Source: an uncultured Pelagibacteraceae bacterium (GTDB taxonomy: Bacteria; Pseudomonadota; Alphaproteobacteria; Pelagibacterales; Pelagibacteraceae). From it: a stretch of DNA of 64,000 nucleotides. Below, piece after piece: positions 35,535 to 43,963 of the stretch. Under the pieces are notes generated by a model. The model ran no database searches. It saw only the letters and a list, made by a program, of their open reading frames with translations, and was not told the origin of the DNA. Every line of letters starts with the position of its first letter. Position 1 is the first letter of the stretch. The translations under genes and the position numbers were made by a program. The stretch covers positions 72,636 through 136,635 of the forward strand of contig CACLZS010000001.1 in assembly GCA_902611465.1 (NCBI GenBank), written 5' to 3'.

Positions 35535-35581
35535 TTGTATAGGAATAAAAGTAGGTAAACCCTATGAATATTCCTATACAA
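35535..35581. terminator. long inverted repeat downstream of csp gene (terminator or 3' stem)
   Basis: TTGTATAGGAATA/TATTCCTATACAA 13-bp stem plus inner GTAGG/CCTAT; no U-tract, so function is uncertain. Confidence 0.5.
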
Positions 35582-35622
35582 TACATACTTGCATTTTAAG
35601 TCTAAAATGCTATTCAACCTCC

Positions 35623-35697
35623 ATGATTAAAAATAGTAAAATTTTAGTATCTCACAAAAGACATCATTTTCATGCTGGCTTGCAGCTAGCTATTTAA
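35623..35697 (+). CDS. candidate histidine leader peptide (24 aa)
   Basis: MIKNSKILVSHKRHHFHAGLQLAI, 4 His in 7 codons, directly upstream of tRNA-His-hisS-hisZ-hisG; promoter-like TTGCAT-16 nt-TATTCA ends 6 nt before the ATG. Confidence 0.65.
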   Translation: MIKNSKILVSHKRHHFHAGLQLAI

Positions 35698-35745
35698 CTA
35701 TTTTAAAATTTAAATTTAACTCTAATTAGTATAAAATAATAATAG

Positions 35746-35820
35746 GCCCTGGTGGTGAAATGGTTATCACGAAAGTTTGTGGAACTTTAGTTTTTGGTTC
35801 AATTCCAAGCCAGGGTACCA
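35746..35820 (+). tRNA. tRNA-His(GTG), alphaproteobacterial G1:U72/A73 type
   Basis: GCCCTGG/CCAGGGT-A-CCA, AAAGT-TTGTGGA-ACTTT anticodon arm, TTCAATT T loop. Confidence 0.95.
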
Positions 35821-35824
35821 AAAA

Positions 35825-37219
35825 ATGAATAAAGAAAATAAATTAATACCTGGGTTGCCCTCAGGATTTGAAGATCGTTGGGATAAGAAACTTCTTCTCA
35901 AAAAAAAGCTGTTATCAGTAATTGAGAATAATTTTATTAAGTTTGGTGCTGAACCACTCGAAACACCATCGTTCGAAATCAGTGAAAATATAGGATCTTT
36001 TCTAGCAGAAGATGAAGCTAATCCTATGTCTGATGTATTTTTATTTAAAGATGGAGATAAAAATATTACCCTTAGATATGACCTATCTAGCCCTCTAGCA
36101 AGATTTGTTGCTCAAAATAATCAAGAGTTGCCTTCAATTTATAAAAGATATGCTATTCAAAATGTATTTCGTAACGAAAAGGCAGGCAATGGAAGATATA
36201 GAGAATTTTTGCAGGCAGATTTTGATATTGTAGGTAATGTTAGTTCATCACAAGCTAACGCTGAACTTTGTAATTTAATTTCAGCAACACTTTTAGAATG
36301 TGGATTAAAGAAAGATCAGTTTACGATCAATGTAAGTAACAGAAAAATAGTTCAAGGTTTACTAGATGAATTACAAATAACTGAGGAAAAACAATTAAAA
36401 GTTATTAGGGCAATTGATAAACTTGATAAGCCTGGATTTGGAATAAAAGGTGTAGAGGACCTTTTGAGAAAGGAAAGAAAAGACACTAGCGGTGCTATTA
36501 CAAAAGGTGCAGACTTAAATGATAAGCAGGTTTCTAAAATATTAGATTATTTAAAAATTAAAGATTTAAATGAACTGAAACAAAATTTAAAAAATTCACT
36601 ATCGCAAGAAGGAATCAAAGAATTAGAAGACTTTTTTGAAATCCTTAGATATGGATCAAACTTAGATAAAGTCAAAACCAACTTCACAATTGTCAGAGGC
36701 TTGGCGTATTATTCTGATTTCATCGTTGAAACTAATTTAAATTTTAAAGTTACAAATAATAAAGGTAAAGAGGTAGATATTGGGAGTATTTGTTCAGGTG
36801 GAGCCTATGCACAACTTATATCAAGATTTAAAGGAGTTGATATTCCAGGTACAGGTATAAGTTTTGGTGTAGATAGACTTTTGTTTGCATTAATGCAATT
36901 AGATCAGTTTCAATTAAACGAACAAAAACCAGTTTTAGTGTGTGTGATGGATCAAAAATATTTAAAAAACTACTACGAAATTTTAGATCTTTTAAGACAA
37001 AACAATATTAATTCAGAAATATTTTTAGATACCAAAAAAAATCTTGGTAAGCAGCTTACTTATGCAAACAAACGCCAATTACCAGTTGCAGTAATCTGTG
37101 GAGAAAATGAATTTAAAGATAATACAGTGACAATTAAAAATTTAAAGGGTGTAAAGGGTGAGAACAATAAAACAATTCCCAAGAAAGAATTAATAAATGA
37201 AGTCAAAAAACTTATCTGA
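35825..37219 (+). CDS. hisS: histidyl-tRNA synthetase
   Basis: LRYDL, FRNE, GRYREFLQADFD, IVRGLAYY, GISFGVDRL; start moved to ATG 35825 because the ORF-track start lies inside the tRNA. Confidence 0.96.
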   Translation: MNKENKLIPGLPSGFEDRWDKKLLLKKKLLSVIENNFIKFGAEPLETPSFEISENIGSFLAEDEANPMSDVFLFKDGDKNITLRYDLSSPLARFVAQNNQELPSIYKRYAIQNVFRNEKAGNGRYREFLQADFDIVGNVSSSQANAELCNLISATLLECGLKKDQFTINVSNRKIVQGLLDELQITEEKQLKVIRAIDKLDKPGFGIKGVEDLLRKERKDTSGAITKGADLNDKQVSKILDYLKIKDLNELKQNLKNSLSQEGIKELEDFFEILRYGSNLDKVKTNFTIVRGLAYYSDFIVETNLNFKVTNNKGKEVDIGSICSGGAYAQLISRFKGVDIPGTGISFGVDRLLFALMQLDQFQLNEQKPVLVCVMDQKYLKNYYEILDLLRQNNINSEIFLDTKKNLGKQLTYANKRQLPVAVICGENEFKDNTVTIKNLKGVKGENNKTIPKKELINEVKKLI

Positions 37220-38246
37220 AAATATACTTAAATCTTTAAAATCAAGTGGATTTGATTATATAGATTTAGATACAGTAATTCCAACCAATCTAATTCTCGA
37301 GAGATCTGGGGAATCATTTAGAAGTTTAATTTTTTCATTTATGGATCAGAATGGAAAGGAAATTTGTTTAAGACCTGACTTAACCATTGCCTCTTGTATC
37401 AAATATCTCAATCAAAAAAAAAAGAGTTATTCAAAAGTATATTATAATGGTCAAGCTTTCAGAAAAGTTCAGAAAAAAAATGACAAAATTATAAGAGATC
37501 AGATAGGTTTTGAGATCATAGGATCAAAAGATGAAAAGAGAGATGACAGGCAAATAATAAATACTGGTATTAAAGTTTTAAATAAATTTAGATATAAGTC
37601 TGGGAGTATAACAATTGGAAATGTAGAAATTTTTCATTTGTTGATAAACAAATTAGATATTCCAAAAAGGTGGAAACTTAGATTGCAAAGACATTTTTGG
37701 CGAGAGGCTTATTTTAATGAATTATTGAGACGACTAGAGACAAATTCAGATGTTGATGAAACTATCGTTGAGTTGGATAAAAAAAGATATTTTAAAATGT
37801 TTAAACAAAATCAAAACAGAAATATAGCAGGACGTTCCTTAAGAGAAATATTAATCAGATTTGATAATAAAATTAAAGATCCTAGAAGACAAATAAAAGG
37901 TCAAAATGTAGTAAAGATTATAAGGGAATACTTAAAAATAAACTGCAAAATGAGTAATGCAGCAACCATTCTTAATGCTTTTTTTAAAAAAAATAAAATT
38001 AATCTAACTGTTGGAAAAAATTATTTTCCAATCACAAAAGATAAGGTTTCAAAATTAAATGTAAATTTTTCATCTTCTTTTGGAAGACATTTAGAATATT
38101 ACACTGGGATGGTATTTAAAATTACGATAAATTCAAACTTTAGAAAAATTCAAGTTAATGGAGGTCGTTATGACAATCTTATTTCTGATTTAGGATCTTC
38201 AAAAAAAATCCCAGCAGTTGGAGGTGCAATAAGTTTAAATGATTAA
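37197..38246 (+). CDS. hisZ: ATP phosphoribosyltransferase regulatory subunit
   Basis: LRPDLT, QIGFE, YYTGMVF, GGRYD; between hisS and a short hisG. Confidence 0.92.
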   Translation: MKSKNLSENILKSLKSSGFDYIDLDTVIPTNLILERSGESFRSLIFSFMDQNGKEICLRPDLTIASCIKYLNQKKKSYSKVYYNGQAFRKVQKKNDKIIRDQIGFEIIGSKDEKRDDRQIINTGIKVLNKFRYKSGSITIGNVEIFHLLINKLDIPKRWKLRLQRHFWREAYFNELLRRLETNSDVDETIVELDKKRYFKMFKQNQNRNIAGRSLREILIRFDNKIKDPRRQIKGQNVVKIIREYLKINCKMSNAATILNAFFKKNKINLTVGKNYFPITKDKVSKLNVNFSSSFGRHLEYYTGMVFKITINSNFRKIQVNGGRYDNLISDLGSSKKIPAVGGAISLND

Positions 38247-38916
38247 AATTGGTATTCCAAGCAAGGGTCGATTAAGAAAGGATACCTTAAATATATTTAA
38301 AAGTAAAAAGCTCAAAATTCTATCAGAAAGAGGCGATAGGGATCTCTTTGGATATATTAAAGGAAATAAAAATATTAAAATTATTTATCTTCATGCGAGA
38401 GAGATTATAGAAAGATTGGGTGATGGATCTCTAGATATTGGTTTTTCAGGATATGATTTATTAAAAGAGGGTGAATTAAATATACAAAACAAAGTCACTA
38501 TTGCTAAAAAGCTAGAGTATGGACATGCAACTTTAGTATTAGCTGTGCCAGACGAGTGGATTGATATTCAGACACTAGCTGATTTAGAGGAAATTTCATT
38601 TGATTTTAAAGATAAAAAAAAAAGTAGAATGAGAGTTGCAACAAAATATCCAAATCTAACTAGAGAGTTTTTATTCTCAAAAGGTGTAACTCAATTTAAA
38701 TTAGTCCCCTCTCTTGGGGCAACAGAGGTATATCCATTTACTGGTTCATCAGAAATTTTATCAGATATAACTAGTACAGGTGAAACTTTACGTGCGAATA
38801 ATTTAAGAGTCTTAAAAGATGGAAATATTCTTAAAAGTACTGCAATTTTAATGTTTAATAAAAAATTGAGTAACAAAAAAGGTTTGAAGAAAATTTTAAA
38901 CTTGCTTAGCTCTTAA
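38239..38916 (+). CDS. hisG: ATP phosphoribosyltransferase (short form)
   Basis: PSKGRL, VATKYP, GATE, DITSTGETLRANNL. Confidence 0.96.
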   Translation: MIKIGIPSKGRLRKDTLNIFKSKKLKILSERGDRDLFGYIKGNKNIKIIYLHAREIIERLGDGSLDIGFSGYDLLKEGELNIQNKVTIAKKLEYGHATLVLAVPDEWIDIQTLADLEEISFDFKDKKKSRMRVATKYPNLTREFLFSKGVTQFKLVPSLGATEVYPFTGSSEILSDITSTGETLRANNLRVLKDGNILKSTAILMFNKKLSNKKGLKKILNLLSS

Positions 38917-38938
38917 CTCTCACTATTATCTTAAATCT

Positions 38939-40036
38939 ATGGATACGATTCTATTGATAATCTTACTTTTATTGCTTGGTGCAACTCTAGGGGTCTTATA
39001 CCTAAATTTAAGGACAAAACCTAAAGAAGAGACTGAGAATAAAGAAGTTGAGGAAATAGCTAACTTAAAGTCAGAAATCGTTTCTTTAAAAGAAACTTTA
39101 AATAATACTATTAATAATTCATTAGGCTCAATGTCTACTTCATTTAATAATCTTTCTACAGGTGTCACTAAAGATATGACAGAAGCTTTAACTAAAGTAG
39201 ATGAAAAAGTTGGTAATTTTAACCAACAAGTACAGTTATTGAATCAGAGCCAAGAGGGTATTAGTAAAATTTTAGCAGGGGTTAAAAAATATGGAACACT
39301 TGCTGAATTTAGTTTGGATGCTTTAATTAAAGATTTATTACCAGCCTCTCAATTCATGACTAATGTTAAAATGAAAGAGGATACAAGTGAAAACGTTGAA
39401 TTTGCAATTAAACTTCAAGGTGATGTCATGGTTCCAGTAGACTCCCATTTCCCAGTTGAAAAATTTAAGGCAATTACTGATGGATATGATGCAGATGATA
39501 AACGAGCTGTTGCGGATGCAAGAGCAAAATTAGCATCAGCCTTCAAAGCTAAAGCTAAAAGTGTAAATGAAAAATATATAGTCCCACCAAAAACTACGGA
39601 TTTTGCTATCGTTTATGCACCAACTGAGAGTTTATATAAAGAATTGACTGAGTATCAAGATCCAAGCACAAAAGAATTATTAACTCAAGAATTAATGAGG
39701 AAACACAAAATTGTAATTTGTGGACCAAACACTTTATCTGCTTACCTGCAGTCTTTGCACATGGGTTTTCAATCGCTCAAAGTCCAAAAGGGAGCAACTG
39801 AAATATATACTCATTTAAAAACTATTAGCACACGGTTTTCAAGACATTTTGACAATATTATAGTCTTGAATAAAAAACTAGAAGAGGCAATGGCTGTTGT
39901 TAATAAGTTTGGAATGGATGCAAGATCTATTACGAGAACTTTGGAAAACATAAAAGATCCAGAGCAGTTCGAAAAAGCTCTTAAAACAGACAATGTAGAA
40001 AAACTTGAAGATCTTCCTAGACAAGCCAAAAAATAA
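38939..40036 (+). CDS. rmuC: RmuC-family protein (TM anchor, coiled coil, nuclease-like domain)
   Basis: N-terminal TM, G-x2-AE-x2-L, VEFAIKL, PVDSHFP, KYIVPPKTTDFA, PTESLY, GPNTLSAYL. Confidence 0.9.
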   Translation: MDTILLIILLLLLGATLGVLYLNLRTKPKEETENKEVEEIANLKSEIVSLKETLNNTINNSLGSMSTSFNNLSTGVTKDMTEALTKVDEKVGNFNQQVQLLNQSQEGISKILAGVKKYGTLAEFSLDALIKDLLPASQFMTNVKMKEDTSENVEFAIKLQGDVMVPVDSHFPVEKFKAITDGYDADDKRAVADARAKLASAFKAKAKSVNEKYIVPPKTTDFAIVYAPTESLYKELTEYQDPSTKELLTQELMRKHKIVICGPNTLSAYLQSLHMGFQSLKVQKGATEIYTHLKTISTRFSRHFDNIIVLNKKLEEAMAVVNKFGMDARSITRTLENIKDPEQFEKALKTDNVEKLEDLPRQAKK

Positions 40037-40072
40037 ATTTAATTTAAATTTAATTTCTCATATAAGAAATGC

Positions 40073-40759
40073 ATGAAATGGAAAAATAAATTTAATTATC
40101 CAAAGTCCACAAGGTCAATTGAGGATGGTTATAGGAAATACTTTTTAGGAGAGGAAAAACTTCCAAGTGTAACAACAATTTTAAGCGCTACCAAATCTGA
40201 GGAAGAAAAAGCCGCTTTAGCGAACTGGAGGGAAAGGGTAGGCTTTAAAGAAGCTAATAGAATTAAAACAGAAGCATCTTCAAGAGGTACATCAATGCAC
40301 TCATATATAGAGGATTACTTAAGAGGACGTATCAATGAAAGTTTTTTTGAAAGTAATGAACAATATAAAAATATGGCCAAAGAAATAATTGAAAAAGGTA
40401 TAGATAATAAATTAGATGAAATTTATGGAATTGAAGAAACATTGTATTATCCTGAACAATATGCAGGCACAGCTGACTTAATTGGTGTTTATCAGGGAAA
40501 TGATGTTGTAATCGATTTTAAACAAAGTAATAAACCGAAAAAAACAGATTATATTCAAGATTATTTTTTACAACTTGGAGCATATACTCTAGCTCATGAC
40601 GTTGTTCATGGAACAAAGATGAAAGCTGGGATAATTTTACTTTGTACAAAAGATATTTTGTTTCAGGAATTTAAAATAGAAGGTGCAGAATTAGAGATGT
40701 ATCAAAATTTATTCTTAGGCAGGGTCAAAAAATTTTATGAAATGAATAATATAGCTTGA
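40073..40759 (+). CDS. PD-(D/E)XK (RecB-type) exonuclease, phage/MGME1-like
   Basis: LPSVTTIL, RGTSMH, E...YAGTADL, IDFKQS, QLGAY; no Cas4 cysteines. Confidence 0.85.
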   Translation: MKWKNKFNYPKSTRSIEDGYRKYFLGEEKLPSVTTILSATKSEEEKAALANWRERVGFKEANRIKTEASSRGTSMHSYIEDYLRGRINESFFESNEQYKNMAKEIIEKGIDNKLDEIYGIEETLYYPEQYAGTADLIGVYQGNDVVIDFKQSNKPKKTDYIQDYFLQLGAYTLAHDVVHGTKMKAGIILLCTKDILFQEFKIEGAELEMYQNLFLGRVKKFYEMNNIA

Positions 40760-40883
40760 CTTTAACAGACCATTTCATAGAAGAGATAAAACTAACTAGA
40801 AGCTACTTGTTTAGATGCAACGGTTTAGTCTTAAAAAACTTTCCAAAAACCCATCAAAACTTAGCTAATTTAAGGTTAAAAAT

Positions 40884-42317
40884 ATGAATTTAGCAATTTG
40901 GGATATAGAATCATCAAGTGCGAGTACTGATTTCGGTAGCATAATAGAAATCGGAGGAATTTTAGTAGATGAAAACTTCAAAGAGAAAGACCGATTTAAT
41001 TTAAGGTGCAGTCTGCCTGAAGGGGAAATATTTCAGGCTATGGCCTTAATAGTCAACAAGACATCGATAAAACAACTTACTCAAACAAACCTAAGTCATT
41101 ATCAAATGTTGGGGGAAGTTGAAAAAATTTTTAAAAAATGGAGTCCTGCAATATTTTTAGGTTGGAGTAGCCTTAATTTTGATGAAGAGATGATAAGAAA
41201 AGAGTTTTTTAAAAATATTAGATATCCTTATATTACTAATGCAGCGCCCAATAAAAGACATGATGGTATAAATATTGCAAGAGCTGCTTATGCAGTTGAT
41301 CCTACAATTCTAGAAACAGAAATTAATGAAAAAAACAATCCTGTATTTAAACTGGCATCTTTAGCTCAAATGCAAGGAATTGATGCAAGTGATGCTCACT
41401 CGGCACTTGCTGATGCCGAATTAACTGCAAAAATTTTAAAGATTGTTAAAAAAAAACAAGAGCATACTTGGGACTTATTTTTAAGAACTGCAAATAAATC
41501 AGATACAGAAACTATAATGAAAAAGGGAGAAGTGGTGACTCTAAACGAATATTATTATGGTAAATCTAGACTTCATTTAGTTGTACCACTACACCCAAAA
41601 CATTGTATGCACCCAATTTACCAAGGATGGTATTATTCCATAGATTTAAGAACTGAAATTCAGCCTTTAATAAATAAATCAATAAATGAATTAAAAACAG
41701 AGATGAAAAAATCTCCAAAATTTTTAAGAACAATACGTGCAAATAAAGCACCTATTATAATCGATGGAAAGTATGGAATGAATGTAGAACCTTATAACAA
41801 ACTTGATAAAAATGTAATTAAAAAAAGAGCAGAATTTGTTCAAAATAATGAACAGTTTTCTCAAAATATTTTAACAGCTTTAAGAGAAGTAGCAGAGGAA
41901 AAAGAACAATCGAAATCCCAAGAAGATATTTATGCAGAAGAAAGTATTTATACAAAATTTACTTCAAACAAAGATACTGCTCTTTTCCCAACTTGGCATG
42001 CAGCACCATGGAAAGAAAAATTAAATTTATTAGATAAATTTGATGATGATAGATTAGTTGGATTTGGTAAAAAAATAATATTTCAGGAGGCCCCAGAAGT
42101 TTTACCAGAGTCAATGTATAAATCTATCAGGAGAGAAATTGCAAAAAGAATATTAAGTGAAAGAAAAGAGAAATGGTGGACAATACCTACTTTATATAAT
42201 GAAATTGATACTTTAAGAGAGAAATATACTAATGAAAATGATAACGAAAAATTAGCTCTCTTAGATGAATTTAATACCTATGCAATGTCTATTCAAAAAA
42301 AATACGAGAATGTTTGA
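40884..42317 (+). CDS. sbcB: exodeoxyribonuclease I (DEDDh)
   Basis: ExoI WDIES, ExoII NFDEEMIR, ExoIII AHSALAD, FKLASL, ANKAP; 477 aa. Confidence 0.88.
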   Translation: MNLAIWDIESSSASTDFGSIIEIGGILVDENFKEKDRFNLRCSLPEGEIFQAMALIVNKTSIKQLTQTNLSHYQMLGEVEKIFKKWSPAIFLGWSSLNFDEEMIRKEFFKNIRYPYITNAAPNKRHDGINIARAAYAVDPTILETEINEKNNPVFKLASLAQMQGIDASDAHSALADAELTAKILKIVKKKQEHTWDLFLRTANKSDTETIMKKGEVVTLNEYYYGKSRLHLVVPLHPKHCMHPIYQGWYYSIDLRTEIQPLINKSINELKTEMKKSPKFLRTIRANKAPIIIDGKYGMNVEPYNKLDKNVIKKRAEFVQNNEQFSQNILTALREVAEEKEQSKSQEDIYAEESIYTKFTSNKDTALFPTWHAAPWKEKLNLLDKFDDDRLVGFGKKIIFQEAPEVLPESMYKSIRREIAKRILSERKEKWWTIPTLYNEIDTLREKYTNENDNEKLALLDEFNTYAMSIQKKYENV

Positions 42318-42383
42318 TGTATAAAATTAAATTTATGCATTTTTAACTATTGAATAAATAAAAATAATTTATATAAAACTTAT

Positions 42384-42701
42384 ATGGCAACAGTAAAATC
42401 TACAGACGAAAGTTTTGATCAATTAGTTAAAGATAATAAGATATTAATTTGTGATTTTTGGGCAGAATGGTGTGGTCCATGCCATATGGTAGCTCCCAGC
42501 CTAGAAGAAATTTCAAATGAAATGTCTGACCAATTATCTGTAGCTAAACATAACATTGATGAAGAGCCAAATACGCCAACAAAATATGGTGTTCGAGGAA
42601 TTCCTACTATGATTTTGATGAAAGATGGAAATCATGTTTCAACTAAGGTCGGAGCGGTTCCAAAAAGTGAAATTGTTTCTTGGATAAAAGAAAATATCTA
42701 A
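42384..42701 (+). CDS. trxA: thioredoxin
   Basis: DFWAEWCGPC, GIPT. Confidence 0.97.
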   Translation: MATVKSTDESFDQLVKDNKILICDFWAEWCGPCHMVAPSLEEISNEMSDQLSVAKHNIDEEPNTPTKYGVRGIPTMILMKDGNHVSTKVGAVPKSEIVSWIKENI

Positions 42702-43963
42702 TTTAAGCTTAAAATTTCTCCAGCAAGATATAGTGAACCAACACACAGTATAATAGTGTTTTCATTTTTTGATAACGATTTTATACTTTCTTCAATGCCA
42801 TTAGAAAGTTTTAGATTTAATTTTGAATTATCTAACTTTTTTTTAAAATCTTCCTTTGATATTGTTCCATCCTGATTAGGAATATCGATTAAAGTAATTG
42901 AATTTACTATATTTTCAAAAGCTTTTATAAATTCCACATGTTCTTTGTCTTTCATCATACCTACGATAAGGTTTGCTTCTTCATTTTGATTTTTAATCCA
43001 ATTAGCAATAGAAAGACTTGCGCTAATATTGTGACCACCATCTATTACCAGTTTATTATTTCCAGCAATATCTTTTAGTTTACCAGATTTTATTACTTCT
43101 AGTCTTCCTTTTAATGAAATATTTTTGATACCATTTCTAATATATTCATCTTTAATATTAAAAATTTTTCTTGATGCAGCAATTGAAGTACTAATATTAT
43201 AAAGCTGATGATCACCAAGAATACTTGGTTCAGGTAATACCAATTCTCCTAATCCATCTTGATATTGAATTAATCCATTTTTAGACTTTGCAATATTAAA
43301 GTCTTTTCCAAAAAAATATTTATTAGAAGTGTTTTTTTCTAAAGATTTATCTATTTTATCTCTTATTTCACTATTTACTTGTTTATTAATAAATATATTT
43401 GAGTTTAAAAGCTTAGCTGTTTTTTCATATATTACCCCTTCAATTGATTTATTTTCAAGCCATTGAAAGTGATCATTATGAATGACACCAATGAGTGTCA
43501 TTAAATTTTCTTTAAATACATTTGTACTATCAAATTGATGAAATAATCCTGCTTCTATTATATTTATATTATCTTTGAAATTCTCAGCATATTTTAAAAA
43601 TGCACATGTTAAAATTTCAAATAATGTTGCATTGTCATCTCCTAAAATTTTTTCAACATCAGTAAGTAATTCTATTAAATCTTCTTCATTGATCTCCTTA
43701 TCTTCAAAAACGTATCTTTCTGTATAAGAGAGAAGGTGGGGAGAAGTGTAAAGATTAGTTTTATGTCCAGCTAGGTTTAGTATTGACTTAAGACTATAGC
43801 ACATGCTTGCTTTAGCATTAGTTCCAACAACTGTGATAACGTTTTTTAATTTATCTTGTGGATCACCCAGTTTTTTTAATAGATTAAAAGTTCTTCCTAG
43901 AGATAAGTCTAGTTTTTTTTTATGATGCTTCTCTAGTTTGGATATTAGTTTCTGAAGTTTCAT
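42698..43963 (-). CDS. folC: folylpolyglutamate/dihydrofolate synthase (diverged)
   Basis: GTNAKAS, YTSPHL, TLFE, DSTN, GRLE, DGGHN, GSLYLAG; downstream of accD. Confidence 0.9.
   Translation of the reverse strand: MKLQKLISKLEKHHKKKLDLSLGRTFNLLKKLGDPQDKLKNVITVVGTNAKASMCYSLKSILNLAGHKTNLYTSPHLLSYTERYVFEDKEINEEDLIELLTDVEKILGDDNATLFEILTCAFLKYAENFKDNINIIEAGLFHQFDSTNVFKENLMTLIGVIHNDHFQWLENKSIEGVIYEKTAKLLNSNIFINKQVNSEIRDKIDKSLEKNTSNKYFFGKDFNIAKSKNGLIQYQDGLGELVLPEPSILGDHQLYNISTSIAASRKIFNIKDEYIRNGIKNISLKGRLEVIKSGKLKDIAGNNKLVIDGGHNISASLSIANWIKNQNEEANLIVGMMKDKEHVEFIKAFENIVNSITLIDIPNQDGTISKEDFKKKLDNSKLNLKLSNGIEESIKSLSKNENTIILCVGSLYLAGEILSLN

Noticed and set aside
35777-35824. N-terminal extension of HisS given in the ORF track
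   Set aside because: It runs through the tRNA-His gene; ATG 35825 is the plausible start.
40037-40060. Recurrent AATTTAAATT palindrome (also near 35707 and 60713)
   Set aside because: Expected by chance in such AT-rich spacers; cannot be supported without a background model.
40073-40759. Cas4/CRISPR or prophage interpretation of the PD-(D/E)XK gene
   Set aside because: No Fe-S cysteines, no repeat-spacer array, and no other cas, structural or integrase genes.
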